Notes: generated by a model from the sequence alone, not told the origin. Counted from the first letter of the stretch, positions 1 to 12,381 are shown. The stretch is 64,000 nucleotides of DNA from Dictyostelium discoideum (GCA_000004695.1 CM000152.2:5952001-6016000), one strand, 5' to 3'. Translations and numbers: made by a program.

Positions 1-907
1 TTTATATTAATTTGTAAAAATAAATTCCTAATTACACACCACACACAAACACACAACAGTTTTTTAAAACAAATTATATGTATAGTTTTTGGTTCCGAAA
101 TAATGATTTTATTTAAAATTTACCATATCCACCACACCACTTTTTTTTATTTTATTTTTTTTAATTTTATTTTTTTTTTTTTTTTTTATTTATTTCTTTT
201 GTGTATTATTTGATTTAATTTAATTATATTACTTTTTTAATATAATCATTTACCAATAAACAGCCGTTATTTTTTTTTTTTTTTTAAAGTTGTTATACAA
301 TTTATTTTTATGATTTTTAAAATTTTATTTTGAAAATATTAATTCCAAAAATAAACACAAAATTACAACTACTCCATTGTTTCTACAACATGTATTTTTT
401 TTTAATTTTTATTTCAATTTTATTTTATTTTTAATTTTATTTTTTTTTTTTTTTTTTTATTTTTTTTTTTGAATGATTAATCCATTTACGTTTTAAGAGT
501 TTAAATTGACCCACATGCAAACTTACACTCAACCACCACTACCACTTAATTAATTTGAAGTATATCTGTATGTGAATTTATAATTATAATTATAATTATT
601 TTTATTATTTTATTTTTTTTTTTTTATTCTCAAAATTCTTTTCTTTTAATTTTTTTTTTATTTTTTCATATTTAAATAATTTTTTTTCTTTTTTTTATTT
701 TCAAAATAAACATATTACAATTATTAATTTTTTTATTTATTATTTATTATTTATTTATTATTTTAAAAACTAAAGTTTTATAGGTACATTTTAATTTTTT
801 TTTTTTTTTTTTTTCTTTTTTTTTTTTTTTTTAAAATTAACAATTAGAAAATATTAATATTTTTTTTTTTTTTTTTTTTTTGAAAAAAAATTAACTAAAA
901 TAGAAAA

Positions 908-1252
908 ATGGAAATGCAAAGAAATTGTAATTATATAAGAGATTTACTTTTAGTAAAAAAAATTATAGATTATAATAATGGATTCATTAACACAATGATG
1001 ATGCATTGTGCCGATATAGAAGTTTTCAAAACTCTTTACCAAAGAAATGATTTACAAGATTATAATACATTTTTAAAATTATTAAAATTAATTATTAAAA
1101 AAGATAACATATTTGCATTATTTGCATTTAGTGAATCATTAAATATTATTTTAAAAGAAAATATTCAATTATTAAAAAAATGGATACAAAAATATAATTC
1201 AAATAATTCTAAATTCTTTATGAGATTTTATTTAAATATTGAATTCCAATAA
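908..1252 (+). CDS. hypothetical small protein (114 aa)
   Basis: 345-nt uninterrupted ATG ORF in ~85% A+T DNA where chance ORFs of this length are rare; composition is not purely I/F/L/N/K (contains C, W, H, Q, D, R); A-rich context before ATG; no recognisable domain. Confidence 0.35.
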   Translation: MEMQRNCNYIRDLLLVKKIIDYNNGFINTMMMHCADIEVFKTLYQRNDLQDYNTFLKLLKLIIKKDNIFALFAFSESLNIILKENIQLLKKWIQKYNSNNSKFFMRFYLNIEFQ

Positions 1253-1339
1253 AATAAAACAAAATAAAAAATTTATTTATTAAAATCATTATTATTCAAG
1301 CAAATAATACCAAATCATTATTTCTTTATTATTTTTATT

Positions 1340-1385
<46 letters not shown>

Positions 1386-1712
1386 GGTATTTGTTAAAAT
1401 TAATATTCAAGATTTATAAATAGTCAAAAAAAATAAAAAAAAAATAAAAATAAAATTGGTTTGGATTTGAAAAAACGAAATAATCGTTTTTTTTTTTAAA
1501 ATATTTTTTTTAAAATAAATTTTTATAATTTGTTTTTATTTTTATTTTTTTTTTTTTTTTTTTTTTTTCCTCCACATATTATTGTGATGTGTTGTTTTTA
1601 TTTTTATTAAATTTTTTTTTTTTTTTTTAAAGTTGTAAAATCACCTTTGACTTGTAAATACAATAAAAACAAACACTAACAATAATAATAATAATATAAA
1701 TAAATAATAATA

Positions 1713-2053
1713 ATGGATACATCAAGTGAAGGAGACCATGAATTAGCACCAAATGATATTTCATTCAATACTATACCATTTTCATTAAATTTTCATCCAA
1801 CTGAAGATTTATTAGTAGTATCAGATGCTGAAGGTAGATTAAAATTATTTAAATATTCTCTTGATGAAAATGAGGTTAAACTTTCATTAAGACCACATCA
1901 ATCAGGTTGTAGACAAGCAAATTTTTCAAGTGATGGAAAATGTATGTATTATTATTATTTTTATTTTATTTTTTTTTTAAAAAAAAAAACACACCTATTT
2001 CAAAATATCATATTCTAATAATTTAATTTTTTATTTTTATTTCTTGATGGATT

Positions 2054-2090
<37 letters not shown>

Positions 2091-2191
2091 TATTTTCACT
2101 GCATCATCTGATTGTTCAATGAAAGTAATTGATATTAATACAGGTTCAATTTTATATACAAGAGAAGAAGCACATGAGTATGTTAATTGAT

Positions 2192-2245
<54 letters not shown>

Positions 2246-2263
2246 CTTCCACTAACAAAATAT

Positions 2264-2299
<36 letters not shown>

Positions 2300-3298
2300 T
2301 TATCCAATAAATTGTTTAGTTAGTAAAGAATTTATGGTTTTTACAGGTGATGATGAAGGTACAATTAAAGTATGGGATATGAGACAACAAAATATAGTAT
2401 GTGAATTTCAAGAACATGGTGATTTCATATCAGATATTACAACTATTGATGATAGACATATAGCTGCTACATCTGGTGATGGTGGTGTTTCAATTTATAA
2501 TTTCGTTAGAAAATCAATGGATGATATCTCTGAAAAATCTGATAATGAATTATTATCATGTCTTTCTTTAGATGTAAGTTTGATTATTATTTATATAATA
2601 ATCAATACGTTATATATTTTTAGATTTTAATTTTTTATTTTTTTAAATTTAATTTTTAAAAGAATGGTCAAAAATTAGTATGTGGATCACAAGATGGTTC
2701 AATTTTAATATACGATAGAAATAATTTAGAAAATGTTAAAAAGTTTGCAGGACATCCACAATCAGTTGATGCATTGGTTAAAGTTAATAATAATACATTT
2801 TTTTCAGGTTCAAGTGATGGTATCATTCGTTTTATTGGTTTGAGACCAAAGAAATTATTAGGTGTAGTTGGTGAACATTCAACATTCCCAATTGAACGTA
2901 TGGCAATATCAAGAGATAATCGTTATTTAGGTAGTATTTCTCATGATTTTAGTTTAAAGTTTTGGAATGTTGCTAGTTTCTATGAAGAGGATGAAAGTGA
3001 AGATGCTGATTCTGCAAATGCAAATGCAAATGAAATTGAAAATGACGATGATGATGATGATGATGATGATGAAATTGAAGATATTGAGAATGCTACTAAA
3101 GTCGATGATGATAGCGGTAGTGAAATGGGTGATGACGACGACGATGATGATGACGAAGAACAAGAGGAAGAAGAGGAATCTTCATCCGATGAAGATATTA
3201 AACGTAAAAAACCTCAACAAAATCCAATTAAAGCTCAACAAATTGAAAAACAAAAACAAAAACAAAATCAAAAAAGAAGTTTCTTTAAAGATTTATAA
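1713..3298 (+). CDS. wdr55: WD-repeat protein 55 (WDR55) homologue, 4 exons, ~408 aa with acidic D/E-rich C-terminal tail
   Basis: Exons approx 1713-1941, 2090-2177, 2300-2573, 2663-3298 (GTATGT, GTATGT, GTAAGT donors; AG acceptors; phases 1/2/0 consistent). Spliced product reads ...FSSDGKYIFTASSDCSMKVIDINTG... / ...MVFTGDDEGTIKVWDMRQQ... / ...NGQKLVCGSQDGSILIYD... / ...HDFSLKFWNV..., collinear with human WDR55 (LAFHPARDLLAAGD..., ATGDDTGGIRLWDQR..., DQRLKFWDMA) incl. acidic tail. Introns 1 and 2 are almost pure poly(A)/poly(T). Confidence 0.85.
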
Positions 3299-3329
3299 AA
3301 TAAAAAAAAATAAAAAAAATAAAAACAAA

Positions 3330-3363
<34 letters not shown>

Positions 3364-4033
3364 AAGGAGTGGAGTTGATCAATCATACATGTTCATATGT
3401 TAATCACAACATTTTTTTTTTTTATTTTATTTTATTAAATTTAAAATAAAAATAAAAAAGAATCAAAAAAAAGAATATATATATTCTACATTTTAACATC
3501 AAAAAAGTTAAAATAGAATATAAGTAAGGGGTTAAATAAAAAAGGAAAAAAAAAAAAGATCACTTTTATCCCATTTTTGGTATTTTAAAAAATTATTTCA
3601 GATATGGTAATTTTTATTACTTTCAATTTTTTTTTTATTATTTTTTATTTTTTTTTTTTTGGGAAATCGGATTTAATTAAAATGGAAATTTTTCCTTTTT
3701 TAATTAATAGAAATTGAAATATTATTTAGTATAAATAGTAAAAAAAAAAAAAAAAAAAAAAAAAAATTAAAATCATTTTTATCAAAGAAAACAAAGAAAA
3801 CAAAGAAATAACAAATAAAAAATAAATATAACTTTAAACAAATACATAAAGTTTTTCCAATGGTATCTTTTTTAAATTAAAAAAAAAAAAAAAAAAAAAA
3901 AATTTTTAATAAATCTAACATATCAATCTAATCAATATTAAAAAGTTTAATACTATTAAAAAATTTAGATATAGGTTTTTTATGGTTGCTTAATTGTAAC
4001 CAAAAAAAAAAAGAAATTTAAATGACTAAGGTA

Positions 4034-4151
<118 letters not shown>

Positions 4152-4299
4152 ATTAAAAAAAAAAAAGTAGTAATAAACTAATGGTAATTTTTTAATGGTT
4201 GCGAAAACCCTTTTAAAAATATTAAACTAAGAAACATTTAAATAACTATTAAAGTAAAAAAAGTTTAGATTGAAGTTTTATTACTGGATTTCTATAAGA

Positions 4300-4760
4300 A
4301 AAATTAAAAAAAAGGGGAGTTTCTTTAATAAAAATGTAGATGATTATGTAAGCGATACCTCTCCGATGATAATATATCGTTGAGATACCACCCTCAAATG
4401 ATATGATGCCGTTGAGATCTCTCAAATGATAAGATATCGTTGTTTGGTTCACCATATGATATTACAGATTAAAGTAAATCTAAGGGCGGGGCCATTGTTT
4501 GGGTTGGTAATATAAAATGAATCAATACTGATCAAATTTTAGAGAACTAAAATTTTGAAAGTAGATGACCATATATTTAAAAATATTACCACAATGCAAG
4601 CAATTTTAGAAATCCAGATAAACTTCAAAAAAATCTTACTGAAACCAATTGTACCCGTTTTGCCAGGCTAAAAATGAATGGTTTGGAAAACTCATCGTAA
4701 TGATAAATCAAATTAAAGAATATCTAAATTTTCAAAAATAAACACCAAATGGTGCCATTT
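4300..4760. other. GC-normal non-coding island with three imperfect ~30-bp tandem units (ctc[c/a]gatgat..atcgttgagat) – candidate transposon remnant or ncRNA
   Basis: units gatgataatatatcgttgagatacc / aaatgatatgatgccgttgagatctc / aaatgataagatatcgttgtttgg followed by gggcggggccattgtttgggttgg; local GC far above the flanking A/T desert; no long ORF on either strand (the 68-aa minus ORF 4249-4455 is not coding-like). Confidence 0.3.
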
Positions 4761-5237
4761 AAAAAAAAAAAAAAATAAAAAAATAAAATAAAATAAAATT
4801 AAAAAAAGTGATTAATCCTGGTCAAAAAAAAAAAAAAAAAAATCTCTGTGTTTTACGAAAAAAAAAAATAAAAAAATAAAAAAATAATTTTATCTTTTTT
4901 TTTTTTTTACATTAATTAATTACATAAACACACACACCAACTCATATACATATACACATAAAAAGATGAATATAGAATAACAATAACACAATAAATAAAA
5001 TAATATAAAATATAATATAATATATGTAATAGTAATAATAATAATAATAAAAATAATAATAATAAAAAAAAAAATAAAAAAAAAAATAATAAAAAAAAAA
5101 AAAAATAAAAACATATATTAGTAAAAGTAAATTAATTGTATAATAAAATATAAATAAAATAATAAATAAAACTAAATTAAAATAATATTGTCAAATAGAG
5201 AGAGAAAAAAAAAGAAAGAACAATAATAATAATAAAT

Positions 5238-8200
5238 ATGGATGACGAAGATTATAGAAATTCTAAACAAATATTTTATTGGGGTAGAGGTGTTAATCAA
5301 GGTGATAAACATATCATTGAACCAATTGAAGTACCAGAATTAAATAAAAAGAATATTGTACAATTATCATGTGGATCAACACATACATTAGTATTATCAG
5401 ATTCTGGTGATCTATATAGTTGGGGATCATCCAATTCTAGTGGTCAATTAGGTCATGGTGATTCAAAAAATCAATATGGTAAACCTAAAAACATTAAAAA
5501 ATTCTCATTAATTAAAGCTTTATCTGGTGATTCAGTTATACAAGTTTCAACTGGTTTAGATTTTACATTTGTTTTAACTGACCAAGGTTCAATTTATAAT
5601 TGGGGTTCAAATATTGAAGGTCAATTAGCTTTAGGTCAACCTGTAAATAAAAATGAAAAAGAAAATAATATTAATAATAATACAACAAATAATAATAATA
5701 GCAACAGTAATAAAGAAGGAGGCGGAGGTGGTGGAGGTGGAGTTAAAGGTGGTAAAAATATATTATCACCAATACCGCAACCTTTAGATCAATTCTCTTC
5801 AGCATCTTCAACATCTTTATTAATTGATTCATTAACATCAACTTATTCAACTAGATCATATATAACATTATCAAATGAACAACAACAACAAAAAATACAG
5901 CAACAACAACAAAAATGGATAAATGGTAGAAAAAGTGTAAATAGTTCAACAATAACATCATCAAGTCCATTTAGTAGTGTTAGCAATTTTATAAAAGAAA
6001 TGGTTGGTAGTAATAATAATAATAATAATAATGAAAATGACGAAAATAATAATAATAATAATAATAATAACAATAATAATAATAAAAGAGGAGCAACATT
6101 AGGATCATTATCATCATCAACAACAACATCAAATAATTCAACACCAAACACAACAGCAAATAATAGTCCAAATTTATTATCATCATCATCATCATCATCA
6201 TCAGCAGCAACAAATAATGAATTAAAATTTAAACAAACTACACCAACTAAAGTATTATCATTTGGTGGTAGTAATGATAATAATTTTTTAGGTGGTGTAA
6301 TTAATAATGAATTACAAATGATGACAGATCAAATGAATTCAATAAAGATAATTCAAATATCATGTGGATCAAATCATATATTAGCATTGAGTGATCAATA
6401 TCATGTTTACAGTTGGGGTAGTGCTGAACATGGTAAACTCGGACATGGTGAAGATTATTCATTCGTTTCACAAAATCCACGTTGGATTAATTCACCTAAA
6501 AAGATTAAATCTCTACAAGAGAAAGGTGTGACAGTAATTAGTGTTTCAAGTGGTTATAGTCATTGTATGGCATTGACATTGGATTCAGGTATTTTAACAT
6601 GGGGTAAAGGCTCCGATGGTCAATTAGGTACAGGTTTCAGACATGATATTTGGTCACCATTTGAAATTAAACGTGTTATTGATAAAAATGAAAAGATTGT
6701 TCAAATTTGTTGTGGTTATTTTAATTCTTTCTTTATTACATTAGAAAAAAGAGAACTTTATCAATTTGGTTGGTCAATACCATTAGGTAAATCTGATGAT
6801 ATTTTAATACCAACAAAATTTATTTGGTTAAATCCTTTAAAAAATAAAAATAATAATAATGAAAATGAAGATAAAAAAGATGATGATGATGATAATGATG
6901 ATGAGGATGAAAATAATGATAATAGTAATAGAATTAAACAAATTTCAAGTGGTTATTCACATACATTAATTTTAAATGAAAATGGTGAATGTTTATCAAT
7001 TGGACAAGGTGAATTTGGTCAACTGGGTATTCCACTAGACCATTCATCAATTGATAAAGATTCATTTGTAAATTATCCAACAGTGATACCAGCATTATTA
7101 CCATACTTTGTTGAATCGGTGCAATGTGGTAGATGGCATTCGGTTGCAATAGTTTCAAATAGAAATTTAAGAGATCATTTAACAAATAGTAAGAAATTAA
7201 AAGAAAAACAAAAACAAAAACAACAAACAAATTTAGAGATTTTAGAAGAATTTGAATCAAATATTGAAGAGATTGAACGTATGATTACTGATGGTATTGA
7301 TGGTAGTAAAATTAATAAAAATAATATTTCTTCTTCTTTAAAAAGAAATAGTAAATCCATAATTAATAATAGTAATAGTAATAATAATAATAATAATAGA
7401 GGTAGTTTAGATGTATTTGATGGTTTATCAGTATCATTTCAATCATTTATTGATTTTGTAAATGATAAAAAGAATGAAGAACCATCACCTGATGCAATTA
7501 TAACTACAAATGATGAATTTGAAAAATCATTCTTTTTATTACAAAAAGATTATATTAGTAGTAAATCAAATGATTTAAATTGTAGTTTAAGTAGTTTAGA
7601 AGAAGGTGGTGGTTCTGGTGGAGGTTCCGGTGGTGGTAGTCGTAATGAAGAGAATGATAGTCATGAAGGTAATAATAATAATAATGGTGCAGGTGGTGGT
7701 TTTGAAACTATTAAAATTTCAAAACCATTTTATAGAGATTTAAATGATTTTCTATTCAAGAGTAAATCAACGTCACAATCATTATCAACAACTACAAGTT
7801 TACCATCGAATAATCCAATTTTAAATCAAATCGAATTATCAAGTGATGGTAGTGAAGAATCAACAGAGGAATTATTGATTCAAGTACTTTTAACTAAATT
7901 TTTACCAGATTTTGATAAAATGAAAACTAATAAAAAAGAATGGAGAGATCTATGGAGAAGAGGTTTTCCACCAACGATTCGTGGTATCATTTGGAAACGT
8001 GCAATTGGTAATAAATTGGAAATCAATGGTACGTTGTATCATGGTTTATTGGACCAGTTATCGGATTTACAAGATCGTTACAATAGGGATTTGGTATTGT
8101 TGGGTGAGGGATTCGAAGCTAATTTACCCCCAAATCTTCCAAAAGAGTATTCAACATTTATTAAAACATTCAATATGATAAAGGTTGATTTACCAAGAAC

Positions 8201-8822
8201 TTTCCCACAACTTCGTTTATTCAATCCTGCCGGCGCTTTACATGAACAACTACGTACAACTCTATTGCTATTCGCACTCTATACACCGCAAATTGGCTAT
8301 GTTCAAGGTATGTCCTATTTGGCGGCTGTTTTCTGTTTATTCATGGACCCATTCGAATCATTCGTTTACTTTACCAACCTATTGAATAATCATTTCTTTA
8401 ATAGTCTATTCAAAATGGATATTAGAGGTATAGTTAATCATGTAAAGATTTTCGACCTTTTATTCAAGAATCATGTTCCAAAACTTTATGATAAATTTCA
8501 ACAATTAGAATTATCAACTGAACATTTCCTATTGGAATGGATGATGACCTTATTCACAAAACAATTACCTCTAAATATTGTTTTTAGAATTTGGGATTCT
8601 TATTTCATGGAAGGTGAAGCTTTCATTTATTCAACAGCGATTGGTATCTTAAAACTTTGTAGAAACTTTATTATAGCTTCAAATTTTGAAGACTCTTTAG
8701 CAATCATAAAATCAACTCCTCATAATTTAAAAGAAGAAGATTTATTTGATTCAATTTCCGCCGTTCATATTCCAAAATTTATTAAAAAAATTATACTATT
8801 AATTAATAAAGATTTTATTTAA
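5238..8822 (+). CDS. RCC1-repeat (N-terminal) + TBC/Rab-GAP (C-terminal) domain protein, 1194 aa, single exon
   Basis: RCC1 blades: YSWGSSNSSGQLGHGD, YNWGSNIEGQLALG, YSWGSAEHGKLGHGE, LTWGKGSDGQLGTG, LSIGQGEFGQLG; TBC domain: RGIIWKRAIGN (RxxxW), IKVDLPRTFP (IxxDxxR arginine finger), YTPQIGYVQGMSYLAAV (YxQ glutamine finger); long poly-N/Q/S linkers. Confidence 0.9.
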   Translation: MDDEDYRNSKQIFYWGRGVNQGDKHIIEPIEVPELNKKNIVQLSCGSTHTLVLSDSGDLYSWGSSNSSGQLGHGDSKNQYGKPKNIKKFSLIKALSGDSVIQVSTGLDFTFVLTDQGSIYNWGSNIEGQLALGQPVNKNEKENNINNNTTNNNNSNSNKEGGGGGGGGVKGGKNILSPIPQPLDQFSSASSTSLLIDSLTSTYSTRSYITLSNEQQQQKIQQQQQKWINGRKSVNSSTITSSSPFSSVSNFIKEMVGSNNNNNNNENDENNNNNNNNNNNNNKRGATLGSLSSSTTTSNNSTPNTTANNSPNLLSSSSSSSSAATNNELKFKQTTPTKVLSFGGSNDNNFLGGVINNELQMMTDQMNSIKIIQISCGSNHILALSDQYHVYSWGSAEHGKLGHGEDYSFVSQNPRWINSPKKIKSLQEKGVTVISVSSGYSHCMALTLDSGILTWGKGSDGQLGTGFRHDIWSPFEIKRVIDKNEKIVQICCGYFNSFFITLEKRELYQFGWSIPLGKSDDILIPTKFIWLNPLKNKNNNNENEDKKDDDDDNDDEDENNDNSNRIKQISSGYSHTLILNENGECLSIGQGEFGQLGIPLDHSSIDKDSFVNYPTVIPALLPYFVESVQCGRWHSVAIVSNRNLRDHLTNSKKLKEKQKQKQQTNLEILEEFESNIEEIERMITDGIDGSKINKNNISSSLKRNSKSIINNSNSNNNNNNRGSLDVFDGLSVSFQSFIDFVNDKKNEEPSPDAIITTNDEFEKSFFLLQKDYISSKSNDLNCSLSSLEEGGGSGGGSGGGSRNEENDSHEGNNNNNGAGGGFETIKISKPFYRDLNDFLFKSKSTSQSLSTTTSLPSNNPILNQIELSSDGSEESTEELLIQVLLTKFLPDFDKMKTNKKEWRDLWRRGFPPTIRGIIWKRAIGNKLEINGTLYHGLLDQLSDLQDRYNRDLVLLGEGFEANLPPNLPKEYSTFIKTFNMIKVDLPRTFPQLRLFNPAGALHEQLRTTLLLFALYTPQIGYVQGMSYLAAVFCLFMDPFESFVYFTNLLNNHFFNSLFKMDIRGIVNHVKIFDLLFKNHVPKLYDKFQQLELSTEHFLLEWMMTLFTKQLPLNIVFRIWDSYFMEGEAFIYSTAIGILKLCRNFIIASNFEDSLAIIKSTPHNLKEEDLFDSISAVHIPKFIKKIILLINKDFI

Positions 8823-8961
8823 TTAATTAAAAAAACACATATTCCATAAAATAATTTACAATTTATTTTTTTTTATTTTTTTTTTTTTTATTTTAATAAT
8901 TATTAATTTTTAATTATATATGAATTATATGATTTGAAATTGTTTATTTTTTTTTATTTTA

Positions 8962-11900
8962 TTAATTATTTGATTTTATTTTATTATTTAAATTTATAAT
9001 TTTATAATTTTTTAATTCTAGATTTAAATGATTTGTTAAATAATTGTCATTTTCAAAACTAGCTATTAAATCTTTACAATTGTCTGGATCTAAGAAATAA
9101 TTAATAACGTGTAAACGATTTTTTTGAATTGCAACTGAACAAGCCTTTTTTAAAATTTTGAATTTTTTTGGGTAACTTTTTGCTATTAAATTACATAATT
9201 TAATATCGCCTCTTTTGAATGCTTCATTAAAAATATTATCCACACGAAAGTAATAAGTTTCAGATGATTTAATTCCAATTTTTTGATATTCATTGAAAAT
9301 TGAATTAATATAATCTTCTATTATATCTTGACCATTAAAAGAATTTTTAAAATCAACAAAGAGTGCTTCATATTGATAATTATAAGTACTAATTGGTATT
9401 TCTTGAAACATGATTCTATAATCTTTCTTTAAGTAACAACCTATTATTTGAATTTTATTTTCAGTTGGAGCTTCTAAAAAAGAATGAATATCACGTACTT
9501 TTCTAAGATAACAATAAAATTGAATTAAAAATGTTTCTTTAATAATTTTAATTTTTAAATTTTGTTCTTGGATTTTGTGTATCTCTGGATGAGTAATTTT
9601 ATCAAAATGATTTTCTAGCATATATTTTGCTTCACGATAAAAATCATAGTTTTCTTTTTGTTGTTTTGTTCTTTTTTTTATAAAAAAGAAATTTATACCA
9701 GTGATTTGAATTGAAAATTGTTCAACTAAATAATCAATAAAATCAAATCTATGTGATAGTAAACAACAATTTAATAATCTTTGAAGTAAAATCATTCTTT
9801 TATTCTTTTCAAGTGGTGAACAAATGAATTCAACGATTTGAATAAACTCTTGTAAATTCAATTTTAAACAAATTGAATTTAAAAGTGTTGGTTCAATGTT
9901 AAACCAAATCTTATCATATTTCGAATCATTTGAGAGTTTATTATAAAATTGATAAAAAAGATCAACTCTATTAATTTCTAAAAAGAAATTTAAATCATTG
10001 AAAATATTTTCAGATAATTTCAATGGTTCTGATTGATGTTGTTTAAGTGATAAATGCTCAATTAAATCAAAATAAATCTTTTCTAATGAATTATCTTGTT
10101 TAAATAAATATTTAAATGTGAAAACTTTTGTATTTAACCAATTTTTAATATCGTAAACTCCATTTGGCCCATAATTAATATTACAATCATAAACTCTGTT
10201 TCTATTATTTACTAATTTAATAACTTCAAGTATTCCAGGTCTAGACATAACATACTTTGTCAATTTAGTTGATCTATGATATAAATAAAAATAACACCGA
10301 TATAATGTATTTTCAATATGTATACCATTTGAAACGATATAATTGTGTACAAAATTAAGTTGTTTAATTTCAATATTACTAATACTTAAAAATAAATCAT
10401 ACATGTATTCTAAAATTGATTTGAAAATAGTTGTCATATTAGCTAATTTATACTCAGTAACACCTTGTTTCGATCTTAGTTGTTTTAAACCACTAACAAT
10501 ATCAACTATTTCTGTAATTATTGAAATATAATTTTCAATCAATTGACTATGGACATTGAATAGGTATGGTATATTATTTTGATAAATTATTCTATCTGAT
10601 CGTAAGTTTCCATCAGTGAATGGGGTTTCAAAATCAATGATTTGAATTAATCTTAGAAACAAAGTTGCTTTTCTATGTTCATTTTTATAATTAAAAAAAC
10701 TATTTGTTATAAAAGTAATTGGAAGAAATTTAAAATCTACTTTATCTATTACTTCTTGAATTGAAGTTGCATTTGATCTCCAAATTGATTCAATAAAACT
10801 TAATAAAAAATTAAAATGGCAAACATATTTTCCTTCTTTAATAAATCTTGATAATGATCCTAATTGATCAATTGTAAAACAATAATTTTCTGGTAATTTA
10901 AAATCATTTCCCAATTTAGTTATTCCTAATTCTAATGAATTCGCCAATTCAAATAAATCATCATTGCAAATTAAAATTGCAGAATAAAAAATTCTATTTT
11001 TAATTGATAGAATTGATAGAATTGACTTTTCATTACAACATTTTTCAATAACGCTCTTCGCAATTTCAGCTGAACTAAAAACGAATCTATCTTGAAATTT
11101 TGAAATAAATCTTAAACTAAACGGTCCAATTGCACCATTTGAAATCCAATCAATTGTTTCAAAACTATCAATTAATATATAATTTTCATTATATTGTAAA
11201 GTCATAATTGATGATAATAAAGAATTATAAGAAACTTGATTAAAATCAATTGTTTCAAATTCCTCTTCACAACACCAATTGAATAATGATAAATAATTAA
11301 TAAAAAATAGAATTTTATCATCATTAATTTTTGATTTTAAATTATTGGTCCAACTACAACCATCATGTTTGATATGATACTCTTCAATTGTTTCACCATA
11401 TTCTATCATATAATTTGAGTAAAAGTAATGAATTGATTTTGTTTCAATAATTACTAATTTTTGAAGTTCTTTTAAATTTTTATTATCTTTAATTATTTCA
11501 TTTATCTTTTCATTTATTTCATCTGGTATAAAAACTTTACCACAATCAAATGGACCTTTACCTCTATATTGAGTTTTAAAACAAAATAATAATTGATAAA
11601 ATGATTGTTTGAATTCTGGTTGAATCTTTTTAACACTTTTTTTTTCGAATAAACCATAATCTAACATTTTCACTTTTGTTTCAAATTCAATATTCCCTAC
11701 TAACATTTGTGGGAGTTCTAAGGTTGATATTAATTCTATTGAAAATAAATTTGCAAATTGTAAAATAAATTTTAATAATTCATTTTGATATGAAATATTT
11801 TTTAAAATTAATTCCAATGTAATTACTCTAATATTCTCTGGTAATTTAATATTTTTGAAATCTACTTCTTCTTCACCGCCGCTGACATTGATACAGGCAC

Positions 11901-12381
11901 TAACATCACCAATAACTTGGATCAGTTCTTTGTAATATTTTAAATCACAATTAGTTAGGGCATTTTCAACTGTGTAGTTATACATTGGCAAATTGTAAGG
12001 AGAAGATGTTAAAATCTTAAAGGGAATTACACTATTGGCTTTGGAAGTTGCATCAATTAGATCACAGGTTTGGAATTCAATTGTATACTTTGTCATTAAA
12101 ATTTCCAAACATTCTTTTAAGGTTTCAATTTCTATTGGAGTGGCATTATTAAATGATTGAAAGAAAACCTGTGGTGTTTTTTTTATGATTTTAATATGTT
12201 TTGTTTCTCCTTTCTTATTTTCAAGTTTATATTTTAATAAACCAAAATGTTTATTTTGAACCATCCATTCAACTGATTCAATTAAATCAATGTCAACACT
12301 ATTACTAGTTCTAATATCATAGATATTTTTTGATAAACAATAACTTTCAGTTTTAATAATTCCATAAATCTTTCTATTCAA
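8962..12381 (-). CDS. large hypothetical protein (1139 aa), no recognisable domain
   Basis: 3.4-kb uninterrupted ORF, very unlikely by chance at this A+T; in-frame open sequence continues upstream of the first Met (…NNNNKEEKVEKEEKKEEEQVCGKEKESIEEILFWKVYRNKYL-MNRK) but without another Met, so start is 12381 unless an upstream exon exists. Confidence 0.8.
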   Translation of the reverse strand: MNRKIYGIIKTESYCLSKNIYDIRTSNSVDIDLIESVEWMVQNKHFGLLKYKLENKKGETKHIKIIKKTPQVFFQSFNNATPIEIETLKECLEILMTKYTIEFQTCDLIDATSKANSVIPFKILTSSPYNLPMYNYTVENALTNCDLKYYKELIQVIGDVSACINVSGGEEEVDFKNIKLPENIRVITLELILKNISYQNELLKFILQFANLFSIELISTLELPQMLVGNIEFETKVKMLDYGLFEKKSVKKIQPEFKQSFYQLLFCFKTQYRGKGPFDCGKVFIPDEINEKINEIIKDNKNLKELQKLVIIETKSIHYFYSNYMIEYGETIEEYHIKHDGCSWTNNLKSKINDDKILFFINYLSLFNWCCEEEFETIDFNQVSYNSLLSSIMTLQYNENYILIDSFETIDWISNGAIGPFSLRFISKFQDRFVFSSAEIAKSVIEKCCNEKSILSILSIKNRIFYSAILICNDDLFELANSLELGITKLGNDFKLPENYCFTIDQLGSLSRFIKEGKYVCHFNFLLSFIESIWRSNATSIQEVIDKVDFKFLPITFITNSFFNYKNEHRKATLFLRLIQIIDFETPFTDGNLRSDRIIYQNNIPYLFNVHSQLIENYISIITEIVDIVSGLKQLRSKQGVTEYKLANMTTIFKSILEYMYDLFLSISNIEIKQLNFVHNYIVSNGIHIENTLYRCYFYLYHRSTKLTKYVMSRPGILEVIKLVNNRNRVYDCNINYGPNGVYDIKNWLNTKVFTFKYLFKQDNSLEKIYFDLIEHLSLKQHQSEPLKLSENIFNDLNFFLEINRVDLFYQFYNKLSNDSKYDKIWFNIEPTLLNSICLKLNLQEFIQIVEFICSPLEKNKRMILLQRLLNCCLLSHRFDFIDYLVEQFSIQITGINFFFIKKRTKQQKENYDFYREAKYMLENHFDKITHPEIHKIQEQNLKIKIIKETFLIQFYCYLRKVRDIHSFLEAPTENKIQIIGCYLKKDYRIMFQEIPISTYNYQYEALFVDFKNSFNGQDIIEDYINSIFNEYQKIGIKSSETYYFRVDNIFNEAFKRGDIKLCNLIAKSYPKKFKILKKACSVAIQKNRLHVINYFLDPDNCKDLIASFENDNYLTNHLNLELKNYKIINLNNKIKSNN

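Noticed and set aside
4249-4455. 68-aa minus ORF across the tandem-repeat island
   Set aside because: No start context and no coding periodicity. The region is better explained as a repeat or ncRNA island.
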